A DNA stretch of 64,000 nucleotides. Source: Yuukianura sp. NJ FZ-2021 (Eukaryota). The notes below the pieces were generated by a model. That model was given only the letters and a program-made list of their open reading frames with translations, had not been told where the DNA came from and did no database searches. Positions within the stretch are counted from its first letter, which is position 1; every line of letters starts with the position of its first letter. The stretch covers positions 248,001-312,000 of the forward strand of contig CM102286.1 in NCBI GenBank assembly GCA_046563655.1, in the 5' to 3' direction. Of the stretch, positions 1 to 17,500 are shown in pieces. The translations under genes and the position numbers were made by a program.

Positions 1-230
1 GCCTAAAGCCAATTAAGGAAAATTTTGAATTATTCCTAAAGCCTTTAGGAATAATTCAATTTGACAACGATAACGAAGAGCATTCCTTGCAGAAGTTTTA
101 ATGTCGAGTTAGTTGAAATTAACTGAGACTTTATAGTTTTTACTGAAAGCATACAAATGTGTGACCTTAATGCCACTAAAGTTAAAGTTTTAAAGTTTAA
201 TTTAAAGTGTCAAAAAGTGACATTATGTAA

Positions 231-3655
<3,425 letters not shown>

Positions 3656-4695
3656 GATGACCGCCTTCTTATGGAGCTAGGAATGACAGAAGACAATGTG
3701 TATTGGCAACCAATCTCCGAGTTAAAGTGATCACGATCCAAAAAAGGTGTTTCCCTGTGGCCTGGCAAGAACAAAGAAATAAGAAATTATTCCTTATCTT
3801 TCTTGTTATTAACAATTGGCAACTGATAATTTCAATTGTAAAAGCGAATTACCCGAAATATTCTCTATCACCTTGACCCTGTCTCTTGTCAGTGGTTCGT
3901 TGTGGGTCAAATTAATTAGTCAACGTAGGTAATTGTTAATTGGTCCAGTTCGTGTTCTTCGTATTCACAAAAAAATGTAGAAAAAGTCAAAAATAGTTGA
4001 CGTAAGTATTAAGGACAATCATCGTAGCCGGACAATCAAATTTGTACGTGGTGGCTACAAACTGTAGCCTACAATGGATGACTACTGGCTACATCATGTG
4101 ACTGCTTATGTTGCCACTTTAGGCTTCTCTAAGTTCAAGGAGCTACAATTATTGTTGCCACCAAGATGTAACTGTATAACACTGTGCTGCCACAAGGATG
4201 GTCGTTCGTCCTTAAGTCCAACCACAAAACACAAAAGAAAAAGAAACCAAATCCCTCCAAAATTCGATTTTCGCGCCGCTGATTTTTTTGAATTATGAGG
4301 AAATGAGACAAGTTGAATTTTAAATGCGAATAAGTGCGCGAAATTATTTGAATAAATAAGGACACTGAAAAAAGTCCCAAAGTTTTTTTTAATTTAATTA
4401 AACTAAACGAGTTAAAATCGGTTTGATATTCTTATATTATTTTAGTTTATTAATTATTGTATATATTTATTTCAAAACATTTTAATTCTTAGTATTCACT
4501 TCACTTAAGGTGAAGCAAACGAAATAAACTCCTTGGCAGTCCGGACCCGGAGTCCTGTGACTCGGTGACATTAATTTCCGATTCCAGCAGCCAACAGAAC
4601 ACCGGTAAACCTAAATTCCAAACTTACAATGTCGTCAAGTTCTATTGACAGGAATTAAAAAGTTCTGCTGTGTTTATAGGTGGACCGAATGAATC
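3656..4695. promoter_or_regulatory. Divergent MCM5/ABCB10 intergenic promoter region with two E2F-type sites
   Basis: Head-to-head start codons about 1 kb apart. TTTCGCGC at 4269-4276 and GCGCGAAA at 4336-4343 match the E2F consensus typical of MCM gene promoters. Confidence 0.55.
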
Positions 4696-7600
4696 ATGCT
4701 CAACATTTACTTTCTTGCACAACGACCTCCAGTGATGACTTACGTGTCACCAGCCAGAATCTGGGCTAGGAATTATTCTCCTCTTCGACAGTATTCTATG
4801 ATTCCTTTAGGACGACATCAGATACTGAGGATATCCGACAAAAGCCCCAGAACCATCCAAAGAATTTTATACAGATGTTTTCATTCAAGTTTACGTCGAG
4901 GATGTAATGTCAAACTCAATCCTGCTCGTCCAATCGCCTTGAAGGAAAGTCGCAATGAGTTTAAACGACTACTGGGATTAGCAAAAACGGAAAAGTTTAC
5001 ACTAACAGGTAAAGTGTTTTAAACCAGTGATAAGTTCGACAAGATTTTTGTAAATCCTCGGTTTATAGGTGCTGTCATCTTACTACTGATTTCCAGCGGT
5101 GTCACAATGACAATTCCATTCTGTTTGGGAAAAGTGATTGACATCATCTACACTGGAGACAACACAACGACCAAGAAGAATCTAGATCGTGTGTGCTTAG
5201 GACTGCTCGGAATTTTTCTCATCGGCGGATTGTGCAATTTCGGAAGAGCTTATTTGATACGGGTTTCAGGTAGGACAGAAAACTAAACTTCTTATTTGTT
5301 ATTGTGTTGATCAATATTTTCCGTTCCAATAATTCATTCACAGTTAAATTCAGGTCAAAGGATCACAAATTCTCTACGCACCACCGTCTTTTCGTCGATT
5401 CTTAAACAAGAGATTGCCTTTTTCGACAAGAACAAGACTGGTGAGCTCATCAATCGCCTGTCAGCTGACACCACCCTAGTCAGTCACGCCGTCACAATGA
5501 ACATTTCAGACGGGCTGAGATCAATCTTCATGGTAGCTTCCGGAATTTCCATGATGGTAACTTTTTTGAAAGATTCAGCTGAAGATAAACCTAAAGCTAA
5601 AGTTTGAAGTTTGTGTGATTTCAGTTTTACGTTTCACCTCAATTGGCCATAGTTGGACTGAGTATTGTTCCTCCAGTGGCTGCCATGGCCATTGTCTATG
5701 GCCGTTATATCCGCAAGATTACAAAGAAAGTTCAAGACAGTCTTGCCGGAGCGACACAAGTCGCGGAAGAACGAATTTCAAACATTCGAACAGTCCGAGC
5801 TTTTAGTCAAGAAGGATTTGAAAACAAGCAGTACCAAACGAAAATTGCAGAAGTTTTGAGTTTGGCACACAAGGAAGCCCTTGCTCAGGGAATTTTCTTT
5901 GGAATGGTAAGGAATTTGAGCAAAATCAAAACATATGAAAAAAATTTCAACTTTCAAAGTGAATTTGACACTTGATTTTCATTTTTTTGCAGACTGGTCT
6001 GAGCGGTAACTTGATAATTTTGTCAGTTTTGTACTACGGTGGTTCGATGGTGACGGATGCCACGATCACCGTGGGTAACTTGTCAGCATTCCTGCTTTAT
6101 GCTGCCTATGTGGGCGTGTCCATCGCTGGCCTAAGTTCTTTCTACTCGGAATTAATGAAGGGTTTGGGAGCGTCAAGTCGACTCTGGGAACTCGTCGATC
6201 GTCAACCCACCGTTCCGCTTAGAGGTAAAGAAATTACTAGCATCTTCTACTTCCAGAACAGTCGCCACGTTCAATCCAAAGCAATAATGTCACACATAAC
6301 TTTTTATGAGCACAAACACCTGTTTTACAATGAAACGGAATGGGGCTCCACCAATTCCACGACACTGCCTCATTTCTTTTACTCCATTTTGATCGATTAG
6401 TAACACCAAGTTAATCAATACTTGAAACTTGATCCGTTCAGTTTCAAATGGACTGTTGATTTTTATTATCCATTATAGACAATCAAAAAATGAGGGCTAA
6501 AAAAACGTTTAAAATTGATTCAAATGATTAAAAAGGGGCTAAAATAGAGCCGATTAAGAAAGGTGGGGTGGAATTTACTGATTGATAGGAAACCGTATTT
6601 TAAAAAAATGATCATAATCGATTAAAATGGAGTGATTAAAACCGGGTCAGTGGGGATGACTATAAAAGAAAGGTGGAATTGGGGAGAATGTTGTGGAAAG
6701 AGGTTTATGATTATGATTCCCATTTCGTGTGGTAGTAGTGCTGAGTTTGTGTATTATTTCTAATGGTTTATTTCTATTTGTATTACACAGGGGGACTCGT
6801 TCCGGTTGAAAAGGAATTCCTGGGTAACGTTCAACTGTGTTCCACCACCTTTGCTTACCCCAGTCGTCCAGAAGCCCTCATCATGCGGAACGTTTCTCTG
6901 ACGATTGAGAGTGGAACGATGGTGGCCATTGTGGGGAGTTCTGGTTCCGGAAAGAGCTCTCTGGCCGCCCTCCTTCTCCGATTCTACGACCCGGGGTCAG
7001 GGGTCATCAAGGTTGATGGCATGGACATCACTACTCTGGATCCACACTGGCTCAGAACACAGATTGGCACTGTGAGTCAAGAACCAACTCTGTTTTCTTG
7101 TTCTATCAGAGACAACATTCTGTATGGAGCAGTCAGAGACGAGGACAGAACGACAGAACGAGTTGAAGAAGTAGCTAGAGAAGCAAATGCCTTAGAATTT
7201 ATTACGAGATTCCCCAAAGGATTCGACACTCTAGTGGGAGAAAGAGGCATCATGCTTTCAGGTTACAAACGACACACATTTTACTCAGCAAAACGTTTTC
7301 AAAACGTTTGAGCGAAAAAAAAACGTTTTCCAATTTTTTTGAATTTTTTTAGGTGGTCAGAAGCAGAGGATTGCAATAGCGCGGGCTTTAATTCGGGTAA
7401 GTTACTACTATTGATTTTTGTGAAACGTCGATATTTCGATTTTGACATTTCAAAATTTTTAAAATTCGTTGATTTCGGTTTTCAGCGTCCGAAAATTCTT
7501 TTGTTGGATGAAGCCACGAGTGCCTTAGATGCAGAGAGTGAACATTTAGTACAAGAAGCTTTAGATCGCGTCACAAAAAATCGAACCGTCATTACAATAG

Positions 7601-7829
7601 CCCATCGACTTTCTACTATTCGAAATGCTGGTAAAAATCTAGAAAATGTGTAAACAACTAAAAAAATTGTTGGTTGTTTCAATTGATTTTGACTTTTGTT
7701 TACTTTACAGACAAAATTGCAGTGTTGAGTGACGGACAATTCTTGGAAGTGGGAAGTTACGAAGACCTCATGACAATTCCAGACGGAGTGTTTCGGAGAT
7801 TAGTCGAACGACAAACGATTCAGCAATAG
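4696..7829 (+). CDS. ABCB10: Mitochondrial ABC half-transporter, ABCB10-like
   Basis: Exons about 4696-5008, 5069-5269, 5354-5556, 5625-5906, 5993-6224, 6791-7261, 7353-7396, 7486-7630, 7711-7829. Basic presequence-like N-terminus; membrane-domain motifs [15 protein letters not shown] and [14 protein letters not shown]; Walker A GSSGSGKS; signature LSGGQ split by an intron; Walker [14 protein letters not shown]-loop IAHRLST. Confidence 0.9.
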
Positions 7830-9231
7830 TGACGACACAAGATTTAAATTTCATGACGCAAAGTTTCCATCCACCAATCGCAAGGTAGCACTTGATTTTT
7901 TAATAAATAGGAATGAAAGTGCTAAACAGAAATCAATGGCTTTGTTCTAACGTCAACTGGATTAAAGCGTTCGTTTCTGAGAAGGAATTTATCTCGTCAT
8001 TTCATCAAAAGTGAAAGTCGTTTCTCCAATTTTTTTGTTTTCTTCTGACAGGAAAGTGGAGAAAACTTAATCAATTTTTTGCCCAGCAAAATTCTTGCTG
8101 GAAAATGGAATTAAAAGGTGTACTTTCTTCAGAATGTTCCGATCAAAAGGTCAAGGACTTTTGTAGGATGATGTCTGAATTCTTCAGAGTGTGTAGAGTC
8201 GTGGGTTGCTCAACTGAGGTTCCGTTGTACCATACGATATGGTTTTGACCTAAATTTGGTCGTTTGACGTCAGGAGCATGACACAGAGGGGGTCCAATTA
8301 GGCCTACAACAGGTAAGGAACCAACTTCTGCAACATCAGCATGGCACAACGCAAGCAGCAGGCGGAACAACTTTCCAAGTCACCCAAAAAATCTGCTTTC
8401 TCTTCCGCATTTATCCAGGGTCAGACAACTCCCCATCTCACGACGGGGATTAAGCAAAAAAAAAACTACAAAAAAGAGACAAAAATGCAACGAATTTTGG
8501 CTAAAATTAAAAAGAAAATTATATAACTTGTCCATCGAAAGCTGAAGATTAGTTAATTTAAATTAAAATGCAAAAGTAAACTACAAATAAAATTTTTAAT
8601 CAAGTGTAATTTATCATGGAAAAAAAACGTCTTGTAATTTTGTTAATTTTGATCAAATGTAGCTCGTTTTGAATTGCCCACCACTTTTAGTGTGGGTGGG
8701 TGTCTGGTGGCTGGTTTTTCATGATCCCCAAGAGACAACTTTCTCTGGCTCACCTTTCCTACTCATTCACTCGAAAAAAGAAACGGATTCAAAGTTTGTT
8801 TTTTTGAAAACTCCATTTTTTGAAACTCCTTGGAGGAAACTGGAGAAAGTGGAAGTTAGGATTGTTAGGAATACACAAATTATGATACATGGGATGCAAA
8901 CTGTATTCCAACGAACCCACTTTCCTCCACTTTTCAGTTGCCAAAAAGTAAAAAGCCTCCGTAACTCAACTTTCACAAAGTCAGGCTTTGATTGCCTCCA
9001 CTTTTTTTTTTAAACGAGTTCAGTCACCCGCGGAAACTCAGTGTGCATGGTGGCGGCAAAATTTTGATTCGTTTGAATTAACTTGGAACCTGAACTTTCA
9101 CTTGGAGAAGGTAAAGGAAACGACGCGAGGAAAACAAAATTGGACGTGACAGGTTCAAATTGAGATCAATATTGTCCAGGCAGCTCACCCACTATAAACT
9201 TTGACTCTCGGAGTCGAGATGATCTTCACGA

Positions 9232-9283
9232 GGAGTCATGACTCTTCATGACTCTCGTCATCATGACTCATGACTCATGACTC
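9232..9283. repeat. Short (CATGACT)n-like simple repeat
   Basis: Several imperfect CATGACTC units in tandem. Confidence 0.6.
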
Positions 9284-10963
9284 CCCACATTCCCTCAACA
9301 AATTCACCTTCTTCCTACGCCTCAATTTTCAAAACCATTTTTTCCCTTCGTCTAAAAATCGTTGCAAAAATAAATTTTCATTATAAACTTCTCCACAAAA
9401 GTTACACTTTCTCAAGTAGTTTCAAAATTTTTAACTTTAAATTCTTGACCTTTGACTTTTTAAGTTAAAAAGTTGCAATTTGTGTTGTAGCTTGTTTTCT
9501 TTTGAAAAGAATGCTGATGTTGATGGGAATTCGTCACTCAACATGACTTTAAACAGAGATAAGCCTTGTTCCGTGCATCTCCTGTCACTTTTGCAACTTG
9601 TGGTGACATGGATCGGATTTAGATTTTTCCTAACAAAAAAAAATTTAGTTCTGCGAAGAAAGATTTTCAGTCGTCACTGCCAACTTTTCTGCCAAATTCT
9701 ACAAAAGTTTAGCATTTCCTGACTCCAAAGTAGCAGTTTCAAAAACCAAATTTAAAAAACCGACTGTATATTTTTGTAACTGAGCAAAGTATCAGTCTAA
9801 TTGCAAAAAAGTGGAGTCTATTTGTTCAACTTTACTGCGCTTCTTAAATATTGATGTGTCTCAATTCTTAGAAAACTTTTGTTGTTTTGTCGGATGACGA
9901 CGAGTCTTTTGGCTGAGTCTGTCCAAAGTTTAATTAATTTGAGCCTCGTCTCTTTCCGTGGCAAAAGTCCAACAGCGTCTCTGCCCGAATTAGCACAAGA
10001 CAAAGCACTCACTTTATTTATATACACAATGTATATTAATAGAGATACTCAGCACAGTCAACCATTGGCATACTTTTTTAAAAAGTTTTTTGAAAAACTA
10101 TTTTTTAAAAGAGAACAAAAGGAATTCAAGGGAGCAGTGCAGGCAACAACAAAGTTTTTTTTTTGGCCGGAGCACTGTGTGCTCCCGACGAGCTGAAAAG
10201 CAAACTGCGCAGACGCATCGCTTTTCCCCGGTTTTTGCACAGAGCTAAAACTTCCATGCACGAAAGTGGAGCCACTTTTTAGTCGTGTTTCAAGAGCCGT
10301 GCAGCCCACGGTGAAAGTTCAACGGTCCTCCGTTTTTGTTGGGCTTCTGGAATCTCCCTGGACACGGCCAACATTTCAAAATTTTGTGAATTTCGTGCAC
10401 TTTTTGAAATTTCGAAATTTAAATTTTCCAAACATGCCGTAGCTGAAAACCGTTGCAGTGAAATGTGAGAGGGCGGAAGTGTCTCACTTTTGAAAAACTT
10501 TGACATTTCCTGGAACTTTTTATGAAAAAAGGCTTTTTGAGAGTTCGTCTTCACCGGTATGAAAAGTTTTAAAGTTTTACCGTTTCGAAGCATGACGAAC
10601 GGGCGGACTTTGTAACTTTTTGAAGAGGCTGTGGGTTCGAATCCCGTCAGGTGAACATTTCAATTGGTTGGATCGATCCAGCGGAGAAGAAAGTTACTCC
10701 CTCCAGGAAAGTTTGTTGTGTGGAAGTGATGCTGCTCCTTCTTGTGCAGATTGTTCATCTTTACTTTTCTAATTACCCAAAGTGTAAACTCCAACTTACA
10801 CAAGTAGCAACTTACACAAACAATCAACAAATTAGAAAACTTGTGGACGGAGAACAGAGCGGACCGGCGGACCAGGTCGGGAGGGGACCATGGTCAGGAC
10901 GAGATGGTGAAGCGTCGCTATGGAAATCCATGACCACGGGTGACTCTCTGCGTCTGCTCATCA

Positions 10964-11022
10964 GAGGTCATTGACCTCCAAAGGTCAAACTTTCACTTGA
11001 CCTCCAAAGGTCAACTTGACCT
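10964..11022. promoter_or_regulatory. Cluster of AGGTCA nuclear-receptor half-sites including a perfect IR1 (ecdysone-response-element-like)
   Basis: GAGGTCA-T-TGACCTC at 10964-10978, followed by repeated TGACCTccaaAGGTCA units, about 550 bp upstream of the eag ATG. Confidence 0.4.
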
Positions 11023-11542
11023 CATACACTCTTCAATTCAGTTTATAAGTTTTGAAAAGACCAACGCAGTTTTAGATCTTAGTGAAGTTTTGAAATCGTT
11101 GAAATTTTGAAATCGTGGTTTAATTGCCACTTTGGAGTTTAATGGAGTGTTAATTATTGTAATTGAACTGTGTTAAGTGCTAATGGTTTTGCCGTGACCT
11201 CTGACCTCAAGTTGTAGCTCGTTTGTGTGTAATTTGAGTTTGTAGAAAGTGAAAGTGATCCGATCCAAATCCCACTTGGATCCTTGTGAAGTGGTTTGCA
11301 GGAGAGGAGGATCTATCTTGTCTCAAACACCCCCCCCCCCTCTAGTTTTAATACCCCCTCCCCCCTGTTTTCAGTTTGGGGAACTTCAAAATGTGTTTTT
11401 TTAAAATGTTGTTTCTCTGTTTAAAATGAAGACTTTACACTAACTTGAATTGTGCCGTTTTAGTGTATTGTGTTTTGAAAAGTGTTTGTGCTAGTGGTTT
11501 TTGTAGTTGAGCGTTACGCTGACGGAAAAGAAGGGCGGAGCG

Positions 11543-14500
11543 ATGCCGGGGGGAAGGAGGGGACTCGTTGCCCCCCAAAATACATTCCTCGAAAATATCA
11601 TTCGAAGGTGCAGCTCACAAGGTACGGCATCACACAAACAAAAATTGAAATTTTGAAATTTTAGTAATATTTCAAAAAATTCCTGCCCAATTTTTGGAAT
11701 TTTCAACCCCCTGCCTGACCATTTTACCAAATATTCTCAAAAACAGCGAAAAAAACGAAACATGGCAGCTCAGTTGGTAGAGATGAGAATCTTCCCGGAT
11801 TTAAGAGATGTGGGTTCAAGTCCCATTCGGTTTTTTTATTTTTCTGAACTTCCATGCTTTATCTACGTGAGTAAAACTGACAAGCAAAGAACGAAAATGG
11901 TCGGTTTTGGCTTTCTCTTTTCTGTACAACAATTTTAGCGACAGTTTGAGCAGCATTTTAATTGAAAGGTGATCGAACGAGAGAGTTTAATTTTTCGCCA
12001 ATTTGTATTTACGGGTTGGGCGTGTAAGTTTTAAATTTTGAGTGGTGTTGAAGAGGGAACTTTTGATTACTCATCTCAGTCATTTCGTTTCATAAGTCGA
12101 GTTCATTTTGCCAAGAGGATTCAATTTCAATTTCAATTACTCAAAATGTAGAGGAGAAAAGTAGAGCTGACGGCGAAAAGTTCAAATTAAACTACGCCTG
12201 CTCAATTCTGACAGTTGGAAAATTGGAGATCATGTTTAGTAAACTCAAAAAAAAAATTCAGACTGGAGGGATTTTACTCTCTCAGGAACATGAATTTTTA
12301 AAAAAGCTACAATTTATTTCATATTTTATATTTTGAAGTACAGAAATTTGAACTTTACGCTTTTTCTTCAAAGTGACTTGGAGAATTTCGTTGTGCCTCG
12401 GGGGCATTTCCAGCTTCATCTGTTTCCGTCGACGCACTCCGGAAAAGTATATTTCATTATGGCCGGATTTTGCATTTCTCGTCAAAATTTGAACACAAAA
12501 ACATCTTTTTCAAAAAATTGGTCTCCTGTGGGACATTGTGCGACGAAATACAAAAATCTTCTCTAACAACTGTTTCCTGTCAAAAAAAAACTTTTTAAAA
12601 GAAAGTGAGTTTAGATTTTTTTTTGAAAGTGAAAACTTCTTAATCAAGCCATCTCTCATGTCCCCTCTCTTGGAATACTTAAAACCACTTTTACATTTTT
12701 CTCAACAAAAAGTTGCAAAAATTTTTTCTTTTAAATTTTTCCACGTTTTTGAAAGTTGTGTTTTAAAAAATTTGTTTCTAGAAAATAAGTTCCAGTTTGT
12801 CACAGCCTATTTTTCTTTGTTTTTATTATTCTGTCGCTGAGTAAATTGAATGCAACTCAAACTGAAACGAGAAGCGGGAGTTTTTTGAATTTAGAGAAAG
12901 CTGGCGGGAGTTTTTTTTTTTGAATTTCGGGAGAGTTGCCGGGAGTTTTTCGGATTTTGAGAGAGTTGGCGGGAGTTCCTTGCGGAATTGAGACGAACCT
13001 CATCTCGTATGACACACTGGGAGAACTACTTATTCAAATTAACTTTCCCGCTATTAACCTCATAGCTTTCTCCCGCTCTTTTTGTGCAAAGAGAAAAGCA
13101 CAAACTCTACTTTCGAAGGAAATCTGGATGGACTATCCGTTGTTCTCATTTAGAAAACAGCAAATCTAGTGGCGGGAACTTCAAAATCTGGCACAGGATT
13201 TGAAAATTTGAAAATTGAAATGGATTCGACTGGAGTCGTTCCACCTTTTGAATGTTTGTCAATTCAATTCATTTCCAGATTCCAAATCCTCCCAACTTTC
13301 AATTTCCCTAATTGTTTTCAATTGTCTAAAAAGGGAGCTGAGCTTATTAACTAAACTTGAAAGTGAGAAAAGGATTTCACACTCTATTCAAAATCCAGTT
13401 TGTTTCAGAAAAAAATTTAGAACAAAATGCAATCTCATTTTAAACAAAAAGTTGAAGCTGAAACAACAATTTTCAAGGAAAGTTTTTTAAGCACAGAAAA
13501 CCCAACTTTTTTTTTTATAACTGACGTCTACTTTCTTCAAACTTTGCTCACTTTCTCCTCCCAGCTTCAAACTTACTTTGTTTCTGTTTTGGACAAAAAA
13601 AACTGGCGGAAGAATTTTTTTAAAAATCGATAAGCCGATTAAGTGAAGAATGTCTTATATTTATTACATTCTTTTTCATATTCCAGTCAGATCATGGGCT
13701 CTGACCTCCCTTCACTTGATTTTTTTTAAATTTTGGAATTGAAAATTTAACTTCAAATTCATGTTAGTTTTCGTAATTTTATTGTCAGTGTATGTCACAG
13801 GTAGTTTTTGTAAGTTTGGAAAGAGATTAGTAGTTGCGGTGTGTTTTGTGGGAGAAAGTTGTTTTGTGTTATTTTTATTTTGTTATTTGTAAAATATGGT
13901 TGGAGGGAGAAACAATCCATTTCCTGTCTCTCTCCGCAGTTTTCCATCCAAAAAATAAACATTCCTGTGCTTTCTTTGTGAGAAGAGAGACTGACTAGAG
14001 GGGGAATGCAGGAGATTGAGGGAATGATACATCAAATTGAAAAATCCCTTTCTTCCCTCCTCCAGACTCTCCTTGCTTCAACCAACGACTTTATTCGGCA
14101 CATTCAACTTCAACCAAAGTGTACCTACCCTCTTTGTACCCACCAGGTGAAACCCATTCCCCCAATATTGAATTACTTCAACCCATACAACTTCCATTCA
14201 CTTTCAAAACCCAACAAAAAATTAATGGCTTCAACCCACTACTAACTGCCGCTTTTAAGTAACTCAATGGCTACCACGAATGGAAAAAAAAGAGACGAGA
14301 AAAAAGTGTCTTGAAATAAAACGAAACAGGTTCTGATGCCTGCAGAAGATTTTGATCAACACGAACTTCATCAACAGAAAGCAAAAAATCAACAAAAGCA
14401 AAAGATAAAAGTTCTTTTATAAAACGGACCAGTTTCTGCACAGGACTGTTTTAAACGACTCTATGCGATTTTTGTTCAACACCAATTTCATCAACACAGA

Positions 14501-17500
14501 ATACTTAACATTTTTTACTTCATGGTTGTTCATCGAGTTACTTGTTTCTTGTTTTGCTTAGCTAAACAAGAATTCAGGCCACAGTTTAGGTACTGTGCTT
14601 ACTTAAGTTAATCTATCAAGGTAAAAATGCAGGTAAAAGTGAAAAAAAGAAAGCAAGAATGCGGACAGGGCATGATATCCAAAGGAAAATAGAAATGTTG
14701 AGCTTTGACTTGTGGTGGACAAAAGGAGAAAGTTGTATGTAAGTGAGTCAGATTTTGAATTCATCCGTCCACCAACATGAGGAGGCGGGTAGTGTGCCAA
14801 CATCACCCGGGTAAGGTTGACATGGGCGGAAATTGGAGAAAGGGAACATGTCAACTTGGATTTTGAAGAGCAGGATCCTTGTCCTGTCCACTTTCAACTT
14901 CATTCTTCCTCCTTCAACTAAATTTTATTTCTTCTTTTTCAATAAACCAGAACTTATATGACTCCCGAAGTCACCCGTATTAGCCTCATCAACACAATCT
15001 TAACTTTCTGGACGTCAACAAAAGAAAAAGTGACTTTTGTACACTGTGTTCCAAATGTCGAGTGTCAAAAAAGTGGTCGTTTTCACTTCCACTTTCATCA
15101 GGAGAAAGTTGATCTCAATCTTTATTTTCTTAAGACTGCTTTCCTTGAGTGAGACGTTTGAAGATTGTGTCGGAGGAGAAAGTTACAACTTGGCACTAAA
15201 TCTGATTTCAATTCTCCCGCGCACAAAAACTGATTTGTGGAAGTCGATTTCGGATTCCTAGACTTTGAGCTGCCGAGTTCCACAGGAAAGCGAAGATTAC
15301 ACAAAGATGCGACGTTAAGATTATTCAGAACAACAAGTTTTTGCCAAAAAAAGAGTTTCTACACAATAAAGTAGAAATTCAAAAGCTCCCGGTTGCTGTC
15401 TCTAAGACTGCAAGCATAGGCAGCACCCGAGTTGACCTTTGACCTCTCTCGTGACCTTTGACCTCTGCGTTAGCTTTAGTTTTGGTAGATGGAAGTAGGA
15501 TATTAGAGTTTGTGAGACGCCAAATACAAATGTTTGAACTTTTAATTCCTCCCGGGAATGTATCCACTTCCTCAACCGAGTTTGCCGGGAGCATACAAAT
15601 GAAAACTAGGAATTTTTTTTTTTCAATTTCAAACACACTTTTCAAAAAAAAAAGTTAACTCGTTTTTAAAAAAAAAAATCTGCGACTCAAATTGGATTTT
15701 TTCCAAAAAGTTTGTCTAAGAAATGGATTTTTCTTGGTGTATTTGCAATTTGCTGAAATTGAATTTTGAAATGCCCCTGTGCAACTTTCATTTTTAGCTA
15801 TTTTTGGTGCCCATTACTTAAAAAATTTCTAGCAGAACTTTGGGTGTTCAAAATTTAAATTCCAATCATTCAATCCAAGTCCAATTTAAAACATTTTCAA
15901 AATTCCCTCGAGAGTTTAAAAAGGGTGCGCCAGGAAAAGCCCGTTCCGACTTTTCAATTTTGTCTAAATTCCCGGCATTCAAGAAAAAAAAAGAGGAAAT
16001 CCTATTTGTAAGGATTTTTAATTTTGGAGCTCATTTTTAAATTAGGAGCAAAGCACTTTGGGACAACTTCTCTCTTTTCTCTCTTGTTTCCAGAGTGTAG
16101 AACGCCATTGTTCCGAATCAATTGTTTCGAAGCGAAATGCTAGTACTAAATGGCTTCGAAACCAATTGCCCCAATGGTGAATTGTTCCGAAATTGAATTA
16201 TCTTCTATTAGGTAGTTATATTAAATTAATTAGGATAAAAGACATAAGGCTTATGTTTTGATTAGGCTAACAATTATAACATCACACTGCAGATTTGTTT
16301 TTGAATCATTAGGTTAGGGACTAAAACTATTTTCGGAGCAATTCGTCATTCGTAGCAATCCATTCGGAGTGTTTGGCTTCGAAGCAATTTATTCGGAACA
16401 ATGGGTTGGAATGTCCCAGAGATGCCCATGTATGAAGTAGTTGGTTGAAATGAGGCATGTGCCTCTGAGCAATTATTTCCAAGTCTCTGCCTGCTTTTGT
16501 GCAAGTCCTTCTGGAATAAAATCTGCCCATAAATTCCTTTTTATTTGGAGAAAGTTGGCAGAGGATTTTACTTATTTGGCTCCACTAGAACTCTTCTTTT
16601 CTAAACGGAGGGCCCAATTTGGAACTTTTTAAATGTTGGAGCGAAGAGAGATGATCCTCTGCACGAATTCGGCGGTGGGAGAGAAATGGGCACCAGGTAG
16701 AATTAAATATTTAAAACATTCAAGTGGAATTCCAGTTGGGGCGAAAGGAAACTTCAGCTTTCACTTTCTTTTTTAGTACGGCACATGCGCCGTTAGACAC
16801 TTTCATTTTTACCTGTCTTTCTCAACCATGAAAGTAAAAATTGGAGAGAAGGATGAGCTCAATCAATAACAATAATAACACAACTTTCACAGCAGCAGTT
16901 TGCAAGGAACAGAAAAAGTGGAGAATATTAAATACAGTTCAAGGCGGGGTGTTTGTTCAACACAATTTAGCTCAAAACCAATTTAACATAAATTTTTAAT
17001 CTCAAAACTTTCCTTGTATTAAAAAATAACCACATCTAAAACAAAACAATACTTATGCATTTTTCTAGTTACACCAAAGTCAACTTTTTTGTTCAAATTT
17101 TAGGAGAATTTTTAATATTTAGTTGTGCATTTGGAACAAACTTTGTTGAGATTGTTTTGTTGAAGTCTTTGTTTAATAGATAAACAACACTTGAAATGAA
17201 ACTGGAGAACTCGGAATCAAAAACTTCAAAAAGACAAACTCAAAACAAACTTTTTTATTAAAACTCTTTTTCTAATCTCTCCAAATTTAGAACTACTCAA
17301 CCCAGCTTTGCCACTTGACAAAAATTTAGTAAAAAAAAACAACAACAGCAACGTTTCATTAACTTTTCCTTCCTTTTGTCATTTGTTTTTGTTTTTGTTT
17401 TTTGTGTTTGTTTTTCGTGCATGAACGATTTTTCTCGATTCTTGAAAAACTTAATTGGATCGAATTTGAATACAAAGTTCCAAATGTTTCGCAAAAAACA

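Noticed and set aside
6225..6790. Long ABCB10 intron as a transposon or snoRNA host
   Set aside because: Only weak inverted similarity at the ends; no clear TIR, target-site duplication or snoRNA boxes.
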